A DNA stretch of 56,637 nt, filler included, from Bipalium vagum (GCA_037834085.1; 3 parts of 3 records of this genome joined end to end with filler, not necessarily neighbours in it); one strand, 5' to 3'; numbered from the whole stretch's first letter, positions 1-20,903 are shown. A program made the numbers and translations. The notes: generated by a model not told the origin, from the sequence alone.

Positions 1-76
1 ATTATCTGAACACCTCTCTAATTTGAACTTTTCAGCAAGGACACTATGGTGTTTAATTTAAGCAGGTTTCACTGTA
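1..76. mobile_element. Terminal inverted repeat end of a pogo/Tigger-like element or MITE (element extends left of the window)
   Basis: Ends ...TTTAAGCAGGTTTCACTG|TA. The reverse complement TA-CAGTGAAACCTGCTTAA resembles the TIR at 55681-55705 (TA-CAGTGCAACCCGCTTAA) and has the TA target typical of Tc1/mariner/pogo. Confidence 0.5.
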
Positions 77-1652
77 TGGATAAAATAATTATTTTCTATT
101 ATTAAGAAGTAAAATCGTGTTTTCCGGGGAAAAATAACATGATATGTAAAAATACATCTTGCTTCCATATAAAAGAAATGTACAGAGCCTTGGCACTAAA
201 TGTATTGGTACTAGTGTTAAGCCTGTAATCAATGAAAATCTTCTGATGACCAGAAAAGGATGCAGCATCCAGGTACATTCTGACTCTAAGCGGGTGCATC
301 ATAAAGAAATCGGCAACAAACATCAATGACATATCATTCCCTTAAGTCTATGTCAGATTTACGTTGAAAATTTCTCCAGTACTGATAAGAGGAAAACTAT
401 TAACTCTGCTGAAGGAGATAGGGTGTGATGTTAATTTAACTATGCGAAATATGAAAATTGAAAATATAATTTAGAGGTTTGGTGACAAGGATTAAAGATG
501 ATGTTCGTCATTATTTCAATACCATCTCAAATATAAATATTTTGAAAATTAGATAGAATACACGGTAATTAACACATTGCTCTGACTCACGCGAACCTCA
601 ATTGGAAAGGACTTTGTCCTGAAAACACTTTATCAGAGCCACCATCAGTTCTGAAGAGAATTGTACGACCTCAATCTCAAAAGCCAGCTACTTTATCAAT
701 AATATCAGTAATCAGTGCCCTGCTTTTACAAAAGAAAAAATTATCCAGTCTAAAAATAATATCACTTTTTAACAATTAAAAATACCATTCCCATTAATCA
801 GCCATTCCACAAAAAAATTTTTGACCACTTTAAAGATTTTAATACTATTCAAAAGTTGAATATATATACATATATAAATAAGAATATTATTAGAGATTTA
901 ATTATCAATTATCCAGAATTAAGTAATCATTAAAGTGATATATTAAAGTTAAATATCGATTATGTCAGTAATGTCTTTCGTTTTTTGAATATTAGATTTT
1001 ATCGAATAGAAATGACGTTGTATAAATTATGAATAATAAAGAAATTGTTCAATTTAATGTTTGGACTGCATTCTGATAAATTATTATATTTCATGATTAT
1101 AACTTAAGATTAATTTGTTTATTTAATGAACACAAGAAGTTGGAGAAAGAACTTCAATTTTAGAGCAAAAATAAAGATAAAGAATTCTAAGGTTACAGAG
1201 AAGTTGACACTTAAATGCTCAAGTGCAAAATAATCATTAATAATTATAATTGTTGGAAGGAAAATATATGTAGAAAATTTTTATTTTTTAAGGTTTAAGA
1301 CATAATTAATAATCCAATTCTATTTATAAATGTAAATCATATTAGAAAGATATTTTTAATTTTAATTTTCGGATTTATTTATTTCAATTATCATTTTTCA
1401 ATAAATCAAGTAATCTATTTATAGAAAAGATTTTTTAAAAAATGATTTAATATTTCAAAAAAATATAATCTTTATAACTATTATCTTAATTTTATTTGAA
1501 ATAAAGTTAAATTCTTAAATAACAAAAACTGTGATGTACATTTTGTTTCATTATATTTTTCCTTTAAAACAGATTCATTTTCATGATACATTAACTTTTC
1601 AGTTTGTTTAAATTATTTTTAATAAACTAATTATTTTAATTTATGTATTAAG

Positions 1653-11905
<10,253 letters not shown>

Positions 11906-13161
11906 AAATAATTGAGAGATCGAGTAGAGAGCCAGACGGTGGTGTTTTAGCTCTGTGTGAATGTGTTTTTGTGTGTGTGCGTTCTGTGTGCTGCAGTCAG
12001 TGCTACTCTTGTTTTGTGTGTTGTAATTGTATTTATTATAGAATAGTAGCTCTTCAATTCGTACAATATAAGTTGTGTTTATTTATTTTCTGTATTGTTG
12101 GATGTGCTTTTTTATTTATCATTATTATTGTTATTATTATTATTATTCTTATTATTCTTGAAGAGAAGAGATTGATTGCGAAGGAAGGAAGGTAGGAGAA
12201 ATTGACCAGGAAAAATTCTTTGTTAACGTGAAACTGTTTTAATGTTGTGATCTGTAATTTTAAAATGACATGAAATTTAAAAAAATGATAAATACAAAAT
12301 AGTAATATTTGACCTTTTATTGGTTTCCGAAATAAGAATTATTTTTTAACATCACTGGTATAGATGTATTATAAAGAAGAAAGTTTGTGGTTTTTTTTAT
12401 TGGATATATCTAAAAAAGTGCTTGTCAGATCGCCAGATTTCTGAGTGTTGAAATATTTAAAGCATAAAAATAATTTTTAATTTAATATCGAAATAATTTC
12501 GTCGGACTTTGATTATATGATGTGATTAGTATTTCAATGTGTTTCTATTACACTAAAACGTAGTAACGTGTGTTCGTCTGCTCGTGCCTCCTCACTTTTT
12601 ATAACTTATGTTCGTAATTCTCCTCAACTTTTTGAATTTAAAACACTCCACAATATTGTATCCGCACCCTTAAGAACCAATTCGAGATATTTAAAATAAA
12701 ACTTTATTTGTACTAATACAACAATTACAATTGCTAAATCAGTTCAAATCACAAAAAAACATTATAAAGGGTAAAATAAAATCACATTCAAGGATTACGT
12801 TAATGCTGAAATCGAATTAATATTAATAATAAAATTGATAAATTAAAATTAAAAAGGAACAAATCGGTCTCACCAAGAGCGACAAGGAGACCCCGGGTCA
12901 TCCTCTAGGTCCTTCTCAGGTCGCCTATGGGTTCCCAATCTTGCTGGGTCCCCTTGTAAAAATTCGGCTGCATAATTCAGAATAAATCCGACTGCATCAT
13001 CAACAGAGAAATAAAATGATTACTGGGTTCGTCTTCGGTCTCGTCTTCTGCGGGTGCGGGAAATTTTCTTGTTTTTTGTTTTTGGTCTTCTGGGTTTCGT
13101 CTTCGTTTAGTTCGTCCTGTGTTGTATTCCACGTTTTCTTGTTTTTCTTTTCAGTTTTTTC

Positions 13162-13261
13162 TGGCTATTAACGGGAAAAGCCGTCTCCTTTTATAGTCGT
13201 AGAGATTGGTCTACAATCACCAATCCCTAAGCTTAGAGACGGCTATTTTCTCTATTAGCCA
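13162..13261 (-). promoter_or_regulatory. CCAAT + TATA promoter inside an imperfect ~100-bp palindrome (element A)
   Basis: Minus strand reads CCAAT...TATAAAAGG (plus strand TTTTATA 13189-13195, ATTGG 13205-13209). Nested inverted pairs: TGGCTA/TAGCCA, GAAAA/TTTTC, AGCCGTCTC(13179-13187)/GAGACGGCT(13236-13244), GATTGGT/ACCAATC. Confidence 0.55.
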
Positions 13262-13384
13262 CTCACTATCTCTACGCAAAGGTAGTCTCCTGTCAGGAAA
13301 TCCATTAGCCTAATCTCATGAAAAATCCCCACGGCGGGATTTTGCTCAAAAAAGTTCAACTAAAAAAACTTTCCTTTTTTTTAA

Positions 13385-13560
13385 AAAAAATTTTACTATT
13401 ATTATTAATTTAAAAAATTATTATTATTATTATTAATATCATATATTATTATTATTATATATTATTATTATATATTATTATTATCATTATTATTATTATT
13501 TAAAAATTCTTATGATTATGATTATTATTGTCATGCTTTAAAACCCAATATTATTATTAT
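13385..13560. repeat. (ATT)n-rich low-complexity tract
   Basis: Degenerate ATT/TAT repeats. Confidence 0.7.
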
Positions 13561-13629
13561 ATGAATAAAAGTAAATATGTATATAAAATCTTTTTTTTAA
13601 TTAAAACTTTTAGTTAACAAAAAAAATTA

Positions 13630-13710
13630 AGCACTCAAGTGCTACAAATATAAAATTCCCAAATTAACAAGCACTTAGTGTTGAAATTTCCCAGAAAGCA
13701 CTCAAGTGCT
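13630..13710. repeat. Three copies of a short palindrome AGCACT(CA)AGTGCT
   Basis: AGCACTCAAGTGCT at 13630-13643 and 13697-13710; variant AGCACTTAGTGTT at 13670-13682. Confidence 0.8.
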
Positions 13711-13922
13711 ACAAAAAATAAAACAATAATAAAATGATTTTAAAAATAATAATTAAATGAATAAATAATTATTAATAATTTATTTTTACTATAAATGTCA
13801 AAGTTTTACTATAAATAATAAATAATTTTTTAAAAAAATTAATATAATATAAATTTACTAAAATTAGGAAGCATTACCTAATTATACTAATTAATAAACA
13901 AATAAAGAAGTTTTACGATCAA

Positions 13923-13978
13923 CCAATCAGAAGGCTTAAAAGCTGGAAAAGGGGCTATATAAGCCCCTGTTTTTCAGC
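13923..13978 (+). promoter_or_regulatory. CCAAT + TATA promoter with the TATA box at a hairpin apex (element A)
   Basis: CCAAT 13923; GCTGGAAAAGGGGC-TATATAA-GCCCCTGTTTTTCAGC; donor-like AG|GTAAAT at 14013. A homologous arrangement occurs at 34598-34680. Confidence 0.6.
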
Positions 13979-14019
13979 AGTTAAACACGAAAAAAAATTC
14001 TTAAGTTAATAGGTAAATA

Positions 14020-14640
14020 TTTACTAAAGATAACAAATTTATACTTTCAAGTAGAAAGATAAATTATCAAAATAATTTGAATTCGTTTTAATTAATTTAA
14101 AAATTCGATAATTAAAGCCCAGACTTTACATCATCGCAAATTAATAAAATATTTCCCACTTTCTCGAAACTACTTTACGAACCACTAGGGTTTAAAGTAC
14201 GATTTTTATAACACAGGACCTCTTCGATTTTTCCTAATCAAGGGGGTATAAATTCTGAATTATTTAATAATAAATATTAAAAACAAATCAATTGTAAATT
14301 ATAAATATTGTGTATAATAAATACATAATTTGAAAAAGAAATTGCTTGCTTAGTCATTTTAAACTCTCCTATTATATATACGTCCTTCAAATGGGAGTTG
14401 GTGAGCCAAAATATAAACACATAATCATATAATTTAAAAGATAAAACTTTGTAGGAGTTTTAACTTAACACATGTTCAACTTCATTATCAGATAATATTT
14501 TATCTTCTAAATCTTTCATTTGAAAAACGAAAAGTTTATTAACTGAATTTTCTATACATAATGAAACTTTTATAGATGAAATTCAAGTTTTAGCTTCATC
14601 ACATAAAAATATATGCAATATATGTTCATTATATATTTCA
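14020..14640 (-). pseudogene. Possible minor capsid (penton-like) gene remnants of element A
   Basis: Minus-strand fragments FEKVGNILLICDDVKSG...NYFDNLSFYLK and ...NKL.FQMKDLEDKIISDNEVEHVL loosely resemble Polinton penton motifs (I.I.CD.I..S; I..I...D..G..I). Heavily disrupted; recognised by eye only. Confidence 0.35.
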
Positions 14641-15199
14641 AATAATATATGGTTCAGAATTCAATAAATCATTCAGGCAAGAATGAAGAAAATTTACCAT
14701 TGTGGAAATCCTGGCTGCTTATTTATTATAGATAAACAGGTCGACTTTCAAAAAAATCTTTTTAAAATGAACCATAAAAAAGATTTAATTTCATGGAAAC
14801 AATTTGATTGTCATTATGCGGAAATCAGAGCAATTTAAACAATTCTTCGATTAACAATCAAAATTATGGAAACAAAATCATTTTCGTTTTCACTGGGGAA
14901 AATGGAAGTTTTTAAGAATTTGAGATATCAACTTTTTACAGTGATTTTAAACCGAAAATACCGAATATCAATGAAAAAGAAAATAAGTAAAGAAAAGGAA
15001 GTATTGACTGATACTAACGATGTTAATAGTGAAGAACAGATCCCAAGAAAAATGTTTCACAATTTACGAAAATTCATGTTTGTTTCATTTCCATTAATAA
15101 AAGAAGATCTGAAAACCATTATAGAAAGTAGAGAACTAAAACATAACTAAAAAATAAGTAACAGTCAATTTTTTTCTTAAAAAATATTGATGAGAGAAA

Positions 15200-16005
15200 G
15201 ATATTAATGTGATTACGGTATGAAACATTTCAAAATCTAATTGATATTGTAACTAAATTATAAAATTATAAAGATATTAAAATTTAAGAATTAAAAATAA
15301 ATCAATTAAAATGAAAACTGAAAACTCATTTAATATTTATTTTCAATCATAATTTTTATAAAAATTATTAAAATTAAATAATGCGCTTAGTGACAATGGA
15401 TTATATTAACAAATTAAAACAAACTATTCATTCCAGAATTACAATTAAATCCATCTAGTGAATATAATCTTTTGTCAAGAATATATGATGGAAAATCTAT
15501 AATTGTTAATTTTTTATCTAGACATCGTGAAAACAAATTTAACAGAAGGAACAATATAAACATTACAAAATATAATATTCCAAATATTCTAATTTATATT
15601 TTTATTGCTTTTAGAGAATCAGAATTTAATTTTAATAAAAATAATAGTTTGTTTATTCAAGATAAAATAAAACCAGAGTACAAGTAAATAATTCTTCACC
15701 CCTTAAATCCTATTCAATTTGAGAAAGGATAAAATAATAGAACTTATTCAAATTATGTTAAATCATGTAAATATTTTAATGATACACCATAATCAAGCTT
15801 ATTGGAATTTCAAATTTTATATGCTATATTTTGTTTTGATTTAAAAGATCAGCCAGAAATTTTTGTTTAAATGGTGCAGCAGTATAATTTTACATATTTT
15901 AAAAGATAAAACATAAATATTGTTTTATTAATGGAACAATTTATGGAAATAAAATTAAAAGGAGGAAAATTTTTTAATATTGAAACTAAAGAAAAGAGTT
16001 TAAAA
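15200..16005 (+). pseudogene. Polinton/adintovirus-type major capsid protein (double jelly-roll) remnant, C-terminal half
   Basis: Ordered fragments KLFIPELQLNPSSEYNLLSRIYDGKSIIVNFLSRHR, IPNILIYIFIAFRESEFNFNKNNSLFIQ, EFQILYAIFCFDLKDQPE and IVLLMEQFMEIKLKGGKFFNIE. These match the Polinton MCP pattern (W.MP.V.P...; PRYII.AFQ...N...F; LYPIF.FD.SKQ.E). Stops and frameshifts present. Confidence 0.7.
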
Positions 16006-16039
16006 TAAAAAAATTTAATTAATCCATCTTAAATAATTT

Positions 16040-16290
16040 TTAAATATTATCACTTCTTTTTCATATTCCTTTTTAAAAATATTTAATTTACTTTCTTGAA
16101 ACATATATGACCAATAATCTACTTTATTACTTTTTGATAAATTATTTTGAACAGGTAAAGGTCTTAAATTTCTCCAATTATAACAATTTTGGATGTTATT
16201 GTCTAAATTAAATTTTGAAACTGGTAAAACATGATCTATATGCCAGTATTTGCCTTGATTTTCCCAAGTAATTTTATCATAAAATTGAAA
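16040..16290 (-). pseudogene. HNH endonuclease remnant of the large-DNA-virus (NCLDV/phage) type
   Basis: Minus strand FQFYDKITWENQGKYWHIDHVLPVSKFNLDNNIQNCYNWRNLRPLPVQNN, then a frameshift into SKSNK. Fits the family pattern QF...M.W.N.G..WHIDH..P...F.......CF.W.NL.PL...EN..K. Confidence 0.75.
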
Positions 16291-16304
16291 CTATTTTATC
16301 TATT

Positions 16305-17830
16305 TTACTCATTTTTTATATAAATGAAATATTTATTATTTGAAAAGTTTAGGTTAATATAAAAACATTTACACTCATGATTTCCAGAAATAACTTCTAA
16401 TTTATAAATCCAATTATTACATTTATCACATTTAATTTGATGTCCAAGTGGAAAAGTATTTATACCATTATTATCAATCAAACGTTTATGATTAAAGGGA
16501 CTTAGAGAAATTTTATCTTGTTGATATAAATAAATATTGTGTTTATCAGATTTAATACCATGATTTGTTTTCTTAATTATTTCTCCGTTTAATGCATTGT
16601 CATAATCATTTAAATCATTTTTAACTCTTTTATTTCTTCCTTTCATTCTTTTATCAAATAATATTTCTTTAGTTTTATTATCTATTACTTCATAAGCATA
16701 AGATTAAAATTTTATAAAATAGCCTTCTTTAAATATCTTATTTGGTTTATCATCAAATTGAAATAATTTATCTCCCATAATTTGATAGTTTATTTTCTAT
16801 ATCCTTAAGAGTTTTATTCTCATTTAAAATTAATTCAATAAATAAAGAATCACAATTTCAATAATGAATTTTATATTTTCCAGATATTTCTTTTTTTTAA
16901 AAACAATTATATACAAGATCATACATTTAGAATTTAGAATATTCTAAGACAAAAAATTCTACATAATTAAATTTATCAAATTTCATTTTAGAGTTTTCAT
17001 GTGTCATGTAATTATATTTTCTTAAAATATTCTTGATCTTTCAAATGTTAATTTAGAAGAAAATTTTTTATAATCGCTAACGATTTCTTTTTTTTGTCGC
17101 TGCCTAACATTTTCTAATGTGTTTCCAAAAAATGCATTATTAAAAAGTTTGAAAAAGAAATCCCCAAAGATATCTCCATCTTTTTTAGCTTATTTTCGTT
17201 TTTTAATATTAAATTCAATAAATGATTTTAACCGATAAGATGTTTTCAATATTAATTTTTTATTTACTGCTATTATTATTATCATTCCCTGATCTTAATA
17301 AAAATCTAATAAACTGCCATCAACTATGTAATTATTTTTATCAAATTGTGTAAGCATTAATTTTTCATCGGACGATGTCCTACCGCTGTTTTATTAAAAA
17401 AAATAAGTTTTATTATTAATTTGAGCAGGGTTTTTCCCTGCGTTGAGACAAAGTCTCTGGTAATTAGATAAAAATAGAATCATTAACATTTTTTAATGAT
17501 TATTTTTCTGGACAGGGGAAAATATTTTGTTTGCTTTTCTATTTCAGATGGATATTCTAAATCAGCTGCATAAATATATCTATAATTTTGATTTTCTTCA
17601 GTTCTTTCATAAATTAAATTTTCATCTTTATATATTACCCCTGTTGGTAAACATTTTGTCATACAACTAGAATATAAACTATTCGCATCATAATATTTTA
17701 AATATCTTTCTTAGTAATAATAATAGCCTAATAGTAATCACATAAGCTTAAGTTTTCATTATTGTTAAAATTATTTATAGCTTCTTTCCATTCATATTTA
17801 TAAGGTTCATAAGAATAATCAAATTCTTAA
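16305..17830 (-). pseudogene. Protein-primed DNA polymerase B (Polinton pPolB) remnant
   Basis: Motifs in correct order on the minus strand: YYDANSLYSSCMTKCLPTG (~17640-17695, motif A), YIYAADLEYP, KLMLTQFDKNNYIV, FFKLFNNAFFGNTLENVR (~17105-17160, motif B), VLEYSKF*MYD, Y*NCDSLF (degenerate YxDTDS, ~16840-16865), and C-terminal IKSDKHNIY...KISLSPFNHKRLIDNNGINTFPLGH. Many stops, frameshifts and deletions. Confidence 0.92.
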
Positions 17831-17856
17831 TTTGTTATTTATAGTAATTATATACA

Positions 17857-18330
17857 TACACTCTTTTAATTAACTCTGTTCACACCCGTTTATTTTATTA
17901 AGAAATTTCATTTTCAAAAGATTGAATACACATATACATATATTACTAATCAGAAAACTTTATTACATATCCGAAATCACTCAAAGTACTAAAATCTTCT
18001 TGCCCCACCTCTGGCTTTCACAATAGCAGTCATTTTATCAGGTAATGATTCATATAATCCATGTATATAATCCGTTGGAATATTGTACCAAACATCTTGG
18101 ATTTCCTTCCAATACTCATTAGCATTGTGAACCAATACATTTTTCAATTCCCAAGACATAGCTCCATAAATTTTCTATAATATTGGCATCAGGAGAATTT
18201 CCAGGCCAAATACACACGGGGATGTTATTATGACGCAAGAATTTCGCTTTCGAAGTGTGTACTGGTGAATTATCTTGCATAAATTTAAAATTTCTTTTTG
18301 GAAAAATAAGAACAGGAGCCACGGTGTATA
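17857..18330 (-). mobile_element. Tc1-family (DD34E) transposon relic, C-terminal transposase and end
   Basis: FMQDNSPVHTSK...WPGNSPDANIIENLW, then EIQDVWYNIPTDYIHGLYESLPDKMTAIVKARGG. Candidate terminus TA-CACTC at 17857. Confidence 0.85.
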
Positions 18331-18685
18331 TAGTAATTATATATATATATATAATGCTGTCCATATGTTTTCGTCCAAATATCGAAATAATTGTAGATTA
18401 CGAATTATATTAAAAGTTTTATGATTTGAACTATGTTAATTTAGAAATATGTTTATATTAGCTTTAAAACTCATTAAAAAATTATTTAAAAAATTATTTA
18501 AAAAATTACTGTATAATTATTAAAATAGATTTGTTATGTTAAGGCGCTTTTTAAATTTTGATGTCATTTAAATATATACACTATTTTAAGGATAAATTAA
18601 ATTTTTAAGTAAAATCTATATGTGCAACATTTTGCTAATGCTTAAGTAATATATTGTTTTAATTTTAGAAATTCTTTTGTTAAAT

Positions 18686-18788
18686 ATGGCTAAGATATCC
18701 ATAGATATTCTGAAACTGGTGATTAAGAAATTGAAAGAGGGTTTGTCCCAGAGGAAAATTTCAAATGAACTCAATATTTCAAGGAATG
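18686..18788 (+). mobile_element. N-terminal HTH of a Tc1-like transposase, truncated by the gap
   Basis: MAKISIDILKLVIKKLKEGLSQRKISNELNISRN (G.S.R.I...L.IS paired-like HTH). Confidence 0.6.
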
Positions 18789-18888
18789 NNNNNNNNNNNN
18801 NNNNNNNNNNNNNNNNNNNNNNNNNNNNNNNNTTAATTAATTAANNNNNNNNNNNNNNNNNNNNNNNNNNNNNNNNNNNNNNNNNNNN
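18789..18888. other. Artificial contig linker N44-TTAATTAATTAA-N44
   Basis: Exactly 100 nt; the core gives stop codons in all six frames; identical copy at 37871-37970. Confidence 0.95.
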
Positions 18889-18894
18889 ATAAAA

Positions 18895-18970
18895 GTAATA
18901 AAATAATAATAATAATAATAATAAAATACTACTACTAATAATAATAATAATAAAATACTAATAATAATAA
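18895..18970. repeat. (AAT)n/(ACT)n microsatellite
   Basis: Visible directly; sits at the contig edge. Confidence 0.8.
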
Positions 18971-20903
18971 ATATAAATATAGATATAATTAAGACGACTT
19001 ACCATTTTCGTTTGAATCTGAAATGTATAAAATAAATAAATTTACAACAATAAAAATATATTTAAATTGATTCAAAATATTATCAAAAATAATAATTTTC
19101 TGCAATGTGATACTGACGTAAATTTCATTTAAAATTATAATTATAAATTATTAAATTATTATTAATTTCAATTTTATTTTATCGGAATTAACCAGTTAAA
19201 GATAGTCAATAATTATACAGTTACTCATGTATTTCTACAAAATATTTAAGAAAAGAATGGTAAACAATTTTCTAAAGTGTTAAGAAATGGAGTCGTTCAT
19301 TGATTATTTCCTGTTTTGTTCATTGTTCTTTAAAGTTCTTACTTTTTAGAAACTTAAGTTAGAAGTTAATCTCTCTGTATTGATTTCTCTCATTAAAAGG
19401 TCTTTTTACATAATATATTGCTATATAACAAAATTCATCTCATCTATAAAACTCCATTTCATTGATTTTCACATAAATATTCAACCGTTAAATAAATAAT
19501 AAATAATATTAATTCATATGAAATCGATTCAAGTTTAGAGATTTTTCCAAGACTTAATATCGTTAATTGCTCTAAGACAGAGACAAATGTGAGATATGAA
19601 AACTTATTTTTGCACGTAATCACTACATTTTTTATATCATTGACTTTCCTTCTTAAAGGAATTTAGTGTATAATGAATTTTATTATATCCATTTTTTTAT
19701 CTTTTCTAAATTGGAATTCTCCGTTTCCACAATAGTTTAGATTCAGTGACTTTTTCTTTTTCTCTAACATAACCAATATATAATATGTCATCAATTTTTT
19801 TCCAAAATTCGTTAAATAAAAAAATATTTTCCATTTAAAATTTTTTCTAATCATTTTGAAAAACTTTTTGGATCATTTGGTGTGGTCGCCAAGTTACATT
19901 CTTGTGATGTCATTTTTAATAATAATACAAGATCAAAGCAAAAGTAATAATGTATTTCATTAAATCCGATTACATAAGTAAGCTTTTCAAACACGGTGGA
20001 CCTCTTTTTTTTTTAAATTACATTATTTACTTTACAAAAATGTACCAACATTTATTGTGCAATTTTTATTTAAAATTTTAACAAAAAATATTTTAACAAC
20101 TGTAACCTAAAATATTTATTGATTTTCTAAACTTTAAATTGAAAAAATTTAATAATCGTTAATTTAGGCGTGAGGTCCTTTGTTTAGAAAAATTCAACCA
20201 AACTAATTGTTCGAACTGCTCCTTATAGTAAACATTGTTAAAAATATTAAACTTGTACTTTCAGAAGTAACATACAAAAAATATAGATCTTAGTCAAATT
20301 CATTTTTATTAAAAGCACATTCGCTCATGCTCTTACTGAATGTAAAAATCACTTATTAATTTAAAATTTAATTCAAATAAAAAAATTAAAAAATGTTAAA
20401 TAAAAAAAATATTAAAATAAGATTTTTTCAACATAAATAAAACAATTACATAAAAAAATAATAAAATTGATTTAAATGGTAGACAAATTAAATAAACTAT
20501 ACTGTTATCGTCACACTTAAAACGCTAAAAATAAAAATCAAATTTCAGGAAGAGATTATAAAATGTTTTGAATTTTTCATTCTCGAATAAACCAATATTT
20601 GTACAATAGAATTTCAGAAAATAGAAGACCGTTTGAAGTCTAATTTGTTACAAATCTAATTTCAGGAAAATATCATTCAAATTTCTGGGAAATTAATTAA
20701 TTATATTAAAATCATAATTTAATAACACTATTTAAATATATATTTATAATGACAAAAATTATAAGCTGTAATTTGATTTATTTCAGAATTTTTAATTGAC
20801 TTAAAATATTTTGAAAAAACAGTTAAAAGAAAAATAAAATTAAGCTGCACATAAAAATTATATTTTAAATTTTAAGCATAATACAATAATGTAATATTTA
20901 TAA

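Larger units (their letters stand above)
12550..17830. mobile_element. Decayed, internally deleted Polinton/Maverick (adintovirus-like) element, 'element A'
   Basis: Remnants of pPolB, major capsid and HNH genes are clustered. The left end is set by homology to 36900-37430, and the right side is cut by a Tc1 relic. No integrase, packaging ATPase or protease is recognisable in the visible part. Boundaries approximate. Confidence 0.8.

Noticed and set aside
100-830. Slightly GC-richer stretch with short ORFs on both strands
   Set aside because: No frame gives a recognisable motif or a consistent exon chain; left unannotated.
14688-15150. Small plus-strand ORFs in element A (MKKIYHCGNPGC...; METKSFSF...)
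   Set aside because: Probably element gene debris, but no family can be assigned.
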